A stretch of 35,688 nucleotides of DNA from Acidimicrobiia bacterium (lineage in GTDB: Bacteria; Actinomycetota; Acidimicrobiia; Spongiisociales; UBA5794). The notes beneath the pieces were generated by a model. That model was not told where the DNA came from. It did no database searches and worked only from the letters and a program-made list of their open reading frames with translations. Made by a program: the position numbers and the translations under genes. Shown here in pieces: positions 1 to 7,235 of this stretch. Positions within the stretch are counted from its first letter, which is position 1, and each line of letters opens with the position of its first letter. The stretch is from assembly GCA_030599515.1 (NCBI GenBank), contig JAUVNV010000002.1:1-35688 (forward strand), in the 5' to 3' direction.

Positions 1-140
1 TCGATCTCGCCCACCCGATCTACGAGCCAACGTCCTACCACGGACACTTCGGACGCCAACCCGACGAAGCCGGTCCGGGCACGTTCACCTGGGAACGCAC
101 CGACCGGGTCGATGAGCTGAGGTCGGAAGTGGGCGCCTAG
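1..140 (+). CDS. metK: S-adenosylmethionine synthetase, C-terminal fragment (5' end lies outside the window)
   Basis: Frame 3 reads [45 protein letters not shown]. This matches the conserved MetK C-terminus (YGHFGR ... F.WE..D). Stop TAG at 138-140. Confidence 0.8.
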   Translation, partial: DLAHPIYEPTSYHGHFGRQPDEAGPGTFTWERTDRVDELRSEVGA

Positions 141-338
141 GATTCTCATTGCGAAGGGCTTGTCGAGAGCGGTGGGGGGGACGGGCCCTGCGAGATCGCC
201 GTGACCGGGATGGTGCCTGCGCCTGATCGATGACGGCCGGGGTTGCCCTTCCGTTCACGGCGCTGTTCGAGCGGTTCGAGACGACCGAGGAGGACCGTAG
301 ATGGATTACTCTCGGGGCCCTTCCGGGGACACGTCACG

Positions 339-3300
339 ATGAGCGGCTATATCGAACGCGTCAACAACGGTCTTGTTGTTTTTGATGGTGGGACGGGGAC
401 GTCGTTTCAGGATGCGGGTCTGACCGTCGATGACTTCGGTGGTCCGGTGTTCGAGGGGTGCATGGAGGTGTTGAACGTCACCCGTCCTGATGTTGTCGAG
501 GCGTTGCATCGGTCGTTTTTCGATGTTGGTGTGGATGTTGTTGAGACGAACACGTTCGGTGGTTTCGCGGTGCCGCTTGCGGAGTATGGGATCGCGGATC
601 GTGCCTATGAGTTGTCTGCTGCGGGGGCCGCTATCGCTCGGAGTGTCGCGGACGAGTTTCACTCCCGTGATGGCCGTCGACGGTTTGTGGCGGGTTCTGT
701 CGGTCCTGGTACGAAGTTCGCGTCGCTGGGTCAGGTCACGTATCGGGAGTTGCGTGATGCGTATGAGGGGCAGGCTGCGGGTCTGATCGACGGCGGTGTC
801 GATCTGTTCGTCATCGAGACCCAGTTCGATCTCTTGGGGGCGAAGGCGGCGATGGCAGGGGCACGACGGGCGATGCGTCGCGCGGGTGTTGACCTGCCTT
901 TGCAGGTGCAGGTCACGATCGAGTTGACGGGCCGGATGTTGGGTGGCACCGAGATCGGTGCTGCGCTCACGACTCTTGACGCTCTGCGGGCCGATGTGAT
1001 CGGTCTCAACTGTGCGACGGGGCCTGTAGAGATGTATGAGCCGTTGCGGTATTTGTCGGAGCGGTCCCGTGTCCCGATCTCGGTGATACCCAATGCGGGG
1101 CTGCCAGAGATTGTGGACGGCGAGGTGACATATGACCTGTCGGCTGGTGAGTTCGCGCTCCATATGGGCCGTTTCGTATCTGAGTTCGGTGTCGGCATCA
1201 TCGGAGGCTGTTGCGGGACGACACCTCAACACGTCGCAGCCGCTATCGAAGCATGCCGGTCGATACCGGTTCCGGGTCGCGATCCGGTTTATGACCCGTC
1301 GGTTGCTTCGATCTACAGCACGACGCCGATCAGGCAGGACACGTCGTTTCTGATCATCGGTGAGCGGACGAATGCGAACGGGTCCCGTGCGTTTCTCGAG
1401 GCGATGCTTGCCGGGGATCTCGATCGGTGTGTCGCTATCGGCGAGGATCAGGTTCGAGAGTCGGCGCATCTCGTCGATCTCTGTGTCGACTATGTGGGGC
1501 GTGATGGTGTCGCCGACATGGACGCGTTGGCGGGGCGGTTCGCGACCGAGATCACGGTTCCGGTCGTCCTCGACTCGACGGAGCCGGAAGTCATGGAGGC
1601 CGGCCTTGAGCGTCTTGGTGGGAGATCGGTGCTCAACTCCGCGAACCTCGAAGGCGGTGACGATGCGGGGTCGAGGGTTGATCGTGTGTTCCGTCTCGCC
1701 CGTGAGCACGGGGCCGCGGCGATCTGTCTCCTCATCGACGAGGAGGGCCAGGCCAGGGACGCCGACTGGAAGCTACGCGTCGCATATCGTCTCTACGATC
1801 TCGCCATCGATCGCTACGGTCTCGAATCGGGCGATCTGATCTTCGATCCGCTCACGTTCCCGTTGAGTACCGGAGATGACTCGTTGCGGGGCGACGCGAT
1901 GGAGACCATCGAAGCGATCAGGCGTATCAAGGCGGAGCTCCCCGGCGTGTCTACCGTGCTCGGCATCTCGAACGTGTCATTCGGACTCGACGCCGCGATC
2001 CGCACGGCACTCAACTCGGTCTTCTTGCACGAATGCCTCGAAGCCGGCCTCGACAGCGCCATCATGCACGCCGGTCGCATCGAGCCGCTCCACCTCATCG
2101 ACGAAGACCAGCAGCGGATCTGTCTGGACCTGATCTACGACCGCCGAACGGACGGCTATGACCCGCTCGAGGCGCTCATCGAAGCATTCGTAGATGTGAC
2201 CACGAGTGTCGCCGTCGTCGACGATCGACAGGGCTGGTCGATCGAGCGGAGGCTGGAGCGGCGCATCATCGACGGGGAGCGGACCGGACTCGTCGACGAC
2301 CTCCAGGAAGCACTCGACACCGGACTGGCGGCGCTCGAGATCGTCAACGACGTGTTGCTTTCTGGGATGAGGACCGTCGGTGAGTTGTTCGCATCCGGCG
2401 ATATGCAGCTGCCGTTCGTGTTGCGATCAGCGGAGACGATGAAGGCGGCTGTGGCCTTCCTCGAACCCCACATGGAGCAGTCGGACTCGGTCGACCGTGG
2501 CTCGATCGTCCTCGCCACCGTTGCGGGCGATGTCCACGACATCGGGAAGAACCTCGTCGACATCATCCTCTCCAACAACGGCTTCCAGGTCCACAATCTC
2601 GGTATCAAGGTCGGGATCGCCGAACTGATCGATGCCTACGAATCAACCGGCGCCGACGCGATCGGGATGAGCGGTCTGCTCGTGAAGAGCACCCTCATCA
2701 TGCGTGACAACCTCGACGAACTCACCCGCCGGGGCCTCGGTGACGCACCGGTCCTGCTCGGCGGCGCCGCGCTGACCCGTTCGTATGTGGAGGGAGACCT
2801 GAGGGGCCGATACGGCGGGCCGGTCTTCTACGGCAAGGACGCGTTCGCGGGTCTCGATGCGATGCATCGCATCGTGGACGGGACGGCGCCGGCCGAGCCG
2901 CGACGCCGCTACCCCCGGGCTGAGACCGCTGAGGTTGCGGGTTCCGTCCCTTTGCGTGCACCGTCCGTCGCCACCGACAACCAGGTCTACGAGCCGCCGT
3001 TCCTCGGCAGCCGCGTCGTCAAAGGCATCCCCATCGACGAGATCGCTGCATACATCAACGAGACGGCCCTCTACCGCAACCACTGGCAGTTCCGACCCGA
3101 GACCGGCGAGAGCGACAGCACGTTCAAGGCACGCCTCGCCAAGCTGCTGCGTGAACAGCTCGCTGCAGCCCGCTCCGATGACCTGCTCGTCCCACAAGTC
3201 GTCTACGGGTACTACCCCTCGAACAGCGACGGCGACGACCTCGTCGTCTGGACCGACGAGACACGCAGCCAGGAGCGGACACGCTTTGTGTTCCCGCGTC

Positions 3301-3812
3301 AACACCACGATCCATGGCTCTGCATCGCCGACTTCTTCCGCCCCGCCGATGGACCCGCCGTGGACTACGCGGCGTTCCACATCGTGACGATGGGTAACCG
3401 CATCTCCGACCGGACCTCCGAACTGTTCGCAGCCGACTCCTACCACGACTACCTGCTCCTCCACGGACTCGGTGTCGAGATGGCAGAAGCCCTCGCCGAG
3501 TACTGGCACCGTCGCATCCGGGAAGACTGGGGATTCGCCGACGAGGACGGACCTGCCCTCGCCGGGCTCTTCCGTCAGCAGTACCGCGGCGGCCGATACT
3601 CGTGGGGCTACCCCGCATGCCCCAACCTCGAAGACAACGAACGTGTCGCCGAACTGCTCGGCGCAGAACGAATCGGCGTCTTCGTCGGCCCCGATACCGC
3701 CTACCAGTACCAGCCCGAACAGACGACCTCGGCCCTGATCGCCCACCACCCACAAGCGAAATACTTCGTCGCCCGCACCGCAAAGGAACGCAGAGACAAC
3801 CATCGGCGATGA
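339..3812 (+). CDS. metH: Cobalamin-dependent methionine synthase (Hcy-binding, pterin-binding, B12-binding and AdoMet-activation domains)
   Basis: The 1189-aa ORF shows MetH hallmarks: N-terminal VFDGGTGT and GGCCGTTP (Hcy/Zn site), the B12 motif GDVHDIGKN, and a C-terminal activation domain. I place the start at ATG 339 (MSGYIERVNNGLVVFDGG). The 32 upstream codons are Arg/Ser-rich and look non-coding. Confidence 0.95.
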   Translation: MSGYIERVNNGLVVFDGGTGTSFQDAGLTVDDFGGPVFEGCMEVLNVTRPDVVEALHRSFFDVGVDVVETNTFGGFAVPLAEYGIADRAYELSAAGAAIARSVADEFHSRDGRRRFVAGSVGPGTKFASLGQVTYRELRDAYEGQAAGLIDGGVDLFVIETQFDLLGAKAAMAGARRAMRRAGVDLPLQVQVTIELTGRMLGGTEIGAALTTLDALRADVIGLNCATGPVEMYEPLRYLSERSRVPISVIPNAGLPEIVDGEVTYDLSAGEFALHMGRFVSEFGVGIIGGCCGTTPQHVAAAIEACRSIPVPGRDPVYDPSVASIYSTTPIRQDTSFLIIGERTNANGSRAFLEAMLAGDLDRCVAIGEDQVRESAHLVDLCVDYVGRDGVADMDALAGRFATEITVPVVLDSTEPEVMEAGLERLGGRSVLNSANLEGGDDAGSRVDRVFRLAREHGAAAICLLIDEEGQARDADWKLRVAYRLYDLAIDRYGLESGDLIFDPLTFPLSTGDDSLRGDAMETIEAIRRIKAELPGVSTVLGISNVSFGLDAAIRTALNSVFLHECLEAGLDSAIMHAGRIEPLHLIDEDQQRICLDLIYDRRTDGYDPLEALIEAFVDVTTSVAVVDDRQGWSIERRLERRIIDGERTGLVDDLQEALDTGLAALEIVNDVLLSGMRTVGELFASGDMQLPFVLRSAETMKAAVAFLEPHMEQSDSVDRGSIVLATVAGDVHDIGKNLVDIILSNNGFQVHNLGIKVGIAELIDAYESTGADAIGMSGLLVKSTLIMRDNLDELTRRGLGDAPVLLGGAALTRSYVEGDLRGRYGGPVFYGKDAFAGLDAMHRIVDGTAPAEPRRRYPRAETAEVAGSVPLRAPSVATDNQVYEPPFLGSRVVKGIPIDEIAAYINETALYRNHWQFRPETGESDSTFKARLAKLLREQLAAARSDDLLVPQVVYGYYPSNSDGDDLVVWTDETRSQERTRFVFPRQHHDPWLCIADFFRPADGPAVDYAAFHIVTMGNRISDRTSELFAADSYHDYLLLHGLGVEMAEALAEYWHRRIREDWGFADEDGPALAGLFRQQYRGGRYSWGYPACPNLEDNERVAELLGAERIGVFVGPDTAYQYQPEQTTSALIAHHPQAKYFVARTAKERRDNHRR

Positions 3813-3890
3813 CAACGTCCCGCTCGGACTCTCACACACCGCAATACCCTCTCTCACCAACACCAACACCAACCCACCGAACCGGCCACT

Positions 3891-4670
3891 GTGACCCGCC
3901 AACACGATCTCGAACGCATCGACCAGGCCCTCCACGCCGCTCTCGTAGCCCTTGAACCGTTCACACCCGGCGCCGTCGACGCGACCATGAAATCCGGCGA
4001 CGACCCCGTGACCGCCGCAGACATCGCGGTCAACGAGGTCCTCCTCGACCTGCTCCCCCAACCCGGTGAGGGATGGCTCTTCGAAGAGACAGCAGACAAC
4101 TCCGACCGACTCGGCAGGGATCGCGTCTGGATCGTCGACCCCATCGACGGAACCCGCGAGTTCGTCCACGGCATCCCGGAATGGTCAGTCTCTGTCGGCC
4201 TCATCGAACACGGTCGACCCGTCGCGGGTGGTGTCTGCAACCCCGCCACCGGAGAACGGATCATCGGATCGGACGAGACCGGCGTCGAATACACCGGGCA
4301 TCGACCGGCTACCGCTGCCACGTCACTCAAGGGTGCGACCATCCTCGCCTCCCGCTCCGAAGTGCGCCGAGGCGAATGGGACCGCTTCACCGACGAGCCG
4401 TTCACCATCGTCCCCGCAGGATCCGTGGCCTACAAACTCGCCCTCGTCGCCGCCGGCCGCGCCGACGCCACCTGGACCCTCACCCCCAAACACGAATGGG
4501 ACATCGCAGCCGGCACCGCCCTCGTCCTCGCAGCCGGCGGAAGGATCTCACTCCCCAACGGAACCCCGCCCACATGGAACAACCCCGACCCGCTGCTCCC
4601 GGGTTTGGTCGCAACATCTGCCGCTATCGCTGCAGAAGTCGGCCGGCTGCTGAGGCCACCGAAGCGCTAG
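3891..4670 (+). CDS. Inositol monophosphatase / 3'(2'),5'-bisphosphate nucleotidase (CysQ-like) family protein
   Basis: IMPase-family motifs are present: FEE, WIVDPIDGTREF and WDIAAG. GTG start at 3891. Confidence 0.85.
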   Translation: MTRQHDLERIDQALHAALVALEPFTPGAVDATMKSGDDPVTAADIAVNEVLLDLLPQPGEGWLFEETADNSDRLGRDRVWIVDPIDGTREFVHGIPEWSVSVGLIEHGRPVAGGVCNPATGERIIGSDETGVEYTGHRPATAATSLKGATILASRSEVRRGEWDRFTDEPFTIVPAGSVAYKLALVAAGRADATWTLTPKHEWDIAAGTALVLAAGGRISLPNGTPPTWNNPDPLLPGLVATSAAIAAEVGRLLRPPKR

Positions 4671-4694
4671 CGACGTGGAAGCCGGAGATGGTTC

Positions 4695-4719
4695 GGGAAG
4701 AACTTCTCGATTTCTTCCC
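4695..4719 (+). terminator. Hairpin after the cysQ-like gene (8-bp stem gggaagaa/ttcttccc, 9-nt loop)
   Basis: Read directly: 4695-4702 pairs with 4712-4719. There is no clear U-tract, so the terminator role is tentative. Confidence 0.3.
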
Positions 4720-4763
4720 CCGTTCACGTGTTTCATGTCACACCCTCCTGTCATATTGGAGAC

Positions 4764-6038
4764 ATGTTGGATGTGATGGTTGATGACACGATCAGCGAAG
4801 CGGTTGCCTCCCAAACCAGCGGTGTCCCGGCGGGTCTCGACGAGATGGAACCGGGCCCGTTCCTCGGCATCGTGCTGTCCGGCATCGACATCGGTCGGCT
4901 CCGTGGCACCGACCGGGTCACCGTGTTGAAGGCGCGGCAGCGTATGGCGTCGCACTACACGGCGGAGACGTATGAGGCGATGGCGTCGATCGTCGACGCC
5001 TACCAGGAGGAGGAACACCAGGACTATGAGGGAGCAGCCGACGGCGCCGCCTATGAACTGCGTGCTGCGCTGCAGCTCACCCGCAGGGCCGCGGACGTCG
5101 AGTTGTCGTTCGCCCTTGACCTGCGCGATCGCCTCCCAAGGGTCGCCGGCGCCCTGTCGTCCGGTGTGATCGACCAGCGCAGAGCCCGCACCATCGTCTG
5201 GCAGACGACGCACCTCGACGACGACACCGCCCGCTTGGTCACGGACCGGATCATCGACGACGCACCCCACCTGACGACCGGCCAACTCATCGCCCGGATC
5301 CGCAAGCTCGCCATCACGGTCGACCCCGACACCGCCCAACGCCGCTACGACCAGGCCATCGCGGATCGCAGAGTCGTCATCGAACCAACCGACGACGGCA
5401 CCGCCAACCTCTGCGCCTTCGACCTCCCACCCGACCGGGCCATCGCAGCCAGACAACACATAGACCGTCTCGCCAGCAGCCTCCGAGGGCCCGACGAGTC
5501 ACGCAGCATGGACCAGCTCAGAGCCGACGTCTACGTCGACCTGCTCTGCGGAAGAACCGTCTCCGGCAAGGGCGGCGTCGTCGACATCCGCGTCGACCTC
5601 GAAACCCTCATGGGACTCGCCGCCAGCCCAGGGGAACTCGCCGGCTACGGCCCCGTCGTCGACGACATCACCCGCCACATCATCGCGGACCACACCGGAG
5701 CCGAATGGCGCTACACCGTCACCCACAACGGTCACCCGGTGGCGACCGGCACGACACGCCGCAGACCCACCACCGGCCAACGCCGCGTCGTTGAAGCCAG
5801 ACACGACACCTGCATCTTCCCCGGTTGCCGCATACCCGCCACCGAATGCGACCTCGATCACCGCATCGAATGGTCGAAGAGCCACAGGACCGACACCTGC
5901 GACCTCGGCCCGTTCTGCCGCCACGACCACGGAGGCAGACACGAACACGGATGGACCTACCAGTACCTCCCCAACGGCGACATCGAATGGACCAGCCCCC
6001 TCGGCCACACCTACACCACCCACAACCGAGACCCCTGA
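4764..6038 (+). CDS. DUF222 / HNH endonuclease domain protein (REP13E12-like family)
   Basis: The N-terminal region is typical of actinobacterial DUF222 proteins (EMEPGPFLGIVLSGIDIGRLRGTDRVTVLKARQRMASH). The C-terminal HNH/Cys-rich block reads CIFPGCRIPATECDLDHRIEWSKSHRTDTCDLGPFCRHDH. The start is uncertain: ATG 4764 after GGAGAC, or ATG 4728. Confidence 0.85.
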   Translation: MLDVMVDDTISEAVASQTSGVPAGLDEMEPGPFLGIVLSGIDIGRLRGTDRVTVLKARQRMASHYTAETYEAMASIVDAYQEEEHQDYEGAADGAAYELRAALQLTRRAADVELSFALDLRDRLPRVAGALSSGVIDQRRARTIVWQTTHLDDDTARLVTDRIIDDAPHLTTGQLIARIRKLAITVDPDTAQRRYDQAIADRRVVIEPTDDGTANLCAFDLPPDRAIAARQHIDRLASSLRGPDESRSMDQLRADVYVDLLCGRTVSGKGGVVDIRVDLETLMGLAASPGELAGYGPVVDDITRHIIADHTGAEWRYTVTHNGHPVATGTTRRRPTTGQRRVVEARHDTCIFPGCRIPATECDLDHRIEWSKSHRTDTCDLGPFCRHDHGGRHEHGWTYQYLPNGDIEWTSPLGHTYTTHNRDP

Positions 6039-6050
6039 ACCCCCTCGACG

Positions 6051-6141
6051 ACAGACCACAGATCACAGCGGACAGCCACCGAACCATGTCTCACGGCCGG
6101 CGACCGGGTACTCGATACTCGGTACCCAATACTCAGTACTG
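6051..6141. repeat. Heptanucleotide tandem array, 13 units in one register
   Basis: Units: acagacc acagatc acagcgg acagcca ccgaacc atgtctc acggccg gcgaccg ggtactc gatactc ggtaccc aatactc agtactg. The array fills the convergent HNH/recR spacer. Confidence 0.85.
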
Positions 6142-6157
6142 ACCAGCGGCGCCGGTC

Positions 6158-6751
6158 CTACATCTCCAAGCGTCCCGACAGCGCTCGACCGAGCGTGATC
6201 TCGTCGGCGTAGTCGAGGTCGCCGCCGACCGGTAGACCGGAAGCGAGTCTCGTGACGGTGACACCGAGCGGCTTCAACATCCGGGCGAGGAGCATCGCCG
6301 TCGCATCTCCTTCGAGCGTTGGATTCGCCGCGACGATGACCTCCGTGATGTTCTCCGCGCCGACCCTGTCGACGAGTTCTTTCGCTCTGAGCTGATCCGA
6401 ACCGATCCCCTCGATCGGAGATATCGCACCTCCGAGGACGTGGTAGCGGCCGCTGAACTCCCCGGTCTTCTCGATCACCGGGATGTCCTGAGCACGCTCG
6501 ACGACGCACACGACCGACGTGTCACGCCGTAGATCACGACAGATCGAACACTCCTCTTCTGCAGTGACGTTGTAGCAACGAGAGCACAGCCGGACCTCGC
6601 GCCGCATCGACGTGATCGCGTCGGCGAGCCGGACCGCGTCGGCTTCCTCTGCGTTGAGGAGATGGAACGCGAGCCGCTGCGCGCTCTTCCGACCGATACC
6701 CGGAAGCCGGGCCAGTTCGTCGACGAGGCGCTGGACCGGCGGTTCGAACAT
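6158..6751 (-). CDS. recR: Recombination protein RecR
   Basis: N-terminal HhH ([20 protein letters not shown]), a C4 zinc finger ([12 protein letters not shown]) and a Toprim domain. The ATG overlaps the ybaB stop (TGATG). Confidence 0.95.
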   Translation of the reverse strand: MFEPPVQRLVDELARLPGIGRKSAQRLAFHLLNAEEADAVRLADAITSMRREVRLCSRCYNVTAEEECSICRDLRRDTSVVCVVERAQDIPVIEKTGEFSGRYHVLGGAISPIEGIGSDQLRAKELVDRVGAENITEVIVAANPTLEGDATAMLLARMLKPLGVTVTRLASGLPVGGDLDYADEITLGRALSGRLEM

Positions 6752-7080
6752 CAGCCGAGCAGACCGCCGAGATCCATCCCGCCTGCGACGTCTCCCATCG
6801 AGCCTGCTGCATCCTCCGACGCTGCCAAGAGCGCCTGGTTGACGGCCGCGACGACGAGATCTCCGGCCATCTCCGGATCATCGGGGTCGAGGATCGACGG
6901 CTCGAAGTCGACCGAGACGAGTTCTCCCGATCCCCGTACGACTGCCTTCACCACGCCACCGCCGGCGGTTCCCTCGTACGTCTTCGCGGAGAGTTCGGCC
7001 TGTGCGGCCTCGATCTGCGCCTGCATCTGCTGCGCCTGCTGCATCAACTGGCGCATATCGTTCGGCATTCGTTGTGACAT
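6751..7080 (-). CDS. ybaB: Nucleoid-associated protein YbaB/EbfC
   Basis: 109 aa. [51 protein letters not shown] is the typical YbaB fold signature. The gene lies immediately upstream of recR. Confidence 0.9.
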   Translation of the reverse strand: MSQRMPNDMRQLMQQAQQMQAQIEAAQAELSAKTYEGTAGGGVVKAVVRGSGELVSVDFEPSILDPDDPEMAGDLVVAAVNQALLAASEDAAGSMGDVAGGMDLGGLLG

Positions 7081-7087
7081 GGCTTGA

Positions 7088-7093
7088 AGGGTA
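7088..7093 (-). promoter_or_regulatory. Candidate -10 box TACCCT for ybaB-recR, 7 nt upstream of ATG (leaderless geometry)
   Basis: The minus strand reads gTACCCTtcaagccATG. It fits the actinobacterial TANNNT -10 consensus. No SD is present. Confidence 0.35.
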
Positions 7094-7221
7094 CTGAGTA
7101 CTGAGTACTGAGTGCCCGGTGCCCGGTATCCGGTATCCGGTATCCGGTAGTTCGCAGTTCTTGAAGCTTGCAGCTTGTGGCTTGCAGCTCTCGTCTTTCT
7201 ACTTTCTACTTTCTACTTCTC

Positions 7222-7227
7222 TACTCT
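7222..7227 (+). promoter_or_regulatory. Candidate -10 box TACTCT for dnaX, 8 nt upstream of ATG (leaderless or near-leaderless geometry)
   Basis: Reads cTACTCTtcggcccaATG. There is no SD between the box and the ATG. The box lies inside a heptamer unit. Confidence 0.35.
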
Positions 7228-7235
7228 TCGGCCCA

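Larger units (their letters stand above)
7081..7234. repeat. Heptanucleotide tandem array, 22 units, filling the whole ybaB/dnaX divergent spacer
   Basis: Units: ggcttga agggtac tgagtac tgagtac tgagtgc ccggtgc ccggtat ccggtat ccggtat ccggtag ttcgcag ttcttga agcttgc agcttgt ggcttgc agctctc gtctttc tactttc tactttc tacttct ctactct tcggccc. One more nt follows before dnaX ATG 7236. Confidence 0.95.

Noticed and set aside
141-338. I tried to assign the metH leader to a specific riboswitch class (cobalamin, SAH or SAM-IV).
   Set aside because: Only fragmentary resemblances exist (GCCGUGACCGGGAUGG versus the B12 box, ACGGCGCUG versus the SAH core). The order and context do not fit the consensus models.
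306-1709. There are long antisense or out-of-frame ORFs throughout the window, for example 306..1709(-), 2643..4169(-), 9721..11103(-), 11613..12758(-), 13474..14925(-), 15571..16644(-), 17911..18891(-), 20098..21504(-) and 32803..33687(+).
   Set aside because: All overlap well-supported conserved genes. Their products have the Arg/Pro/Gly/Ser-rich composition typical of shadow frames in GC-rich DNA, and none shows a recognisable family motif.
3855-3872. The hexamer CACCAA occurs three times in the metH/cysQ spacer.
   Set aside because: It is short, has period 6 rather than 7, and is a single occurrence. It is probably trivial slippage, so I did not group it with the heptamer arrays.
7119-7235. 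Several ORFs in the track have N-terminal extensions: dnaX from 7119, metH from 243, M23 from 15451, permease from 18525, hydrogenase beta from 28998 and amidotransferase from 29914.
   Set aside because: The extensions read through repeat arrays, through spacers, or through the previous gene in another frame. Conserved N-termini, SD sequences or -10 boxes support the shorter starts.
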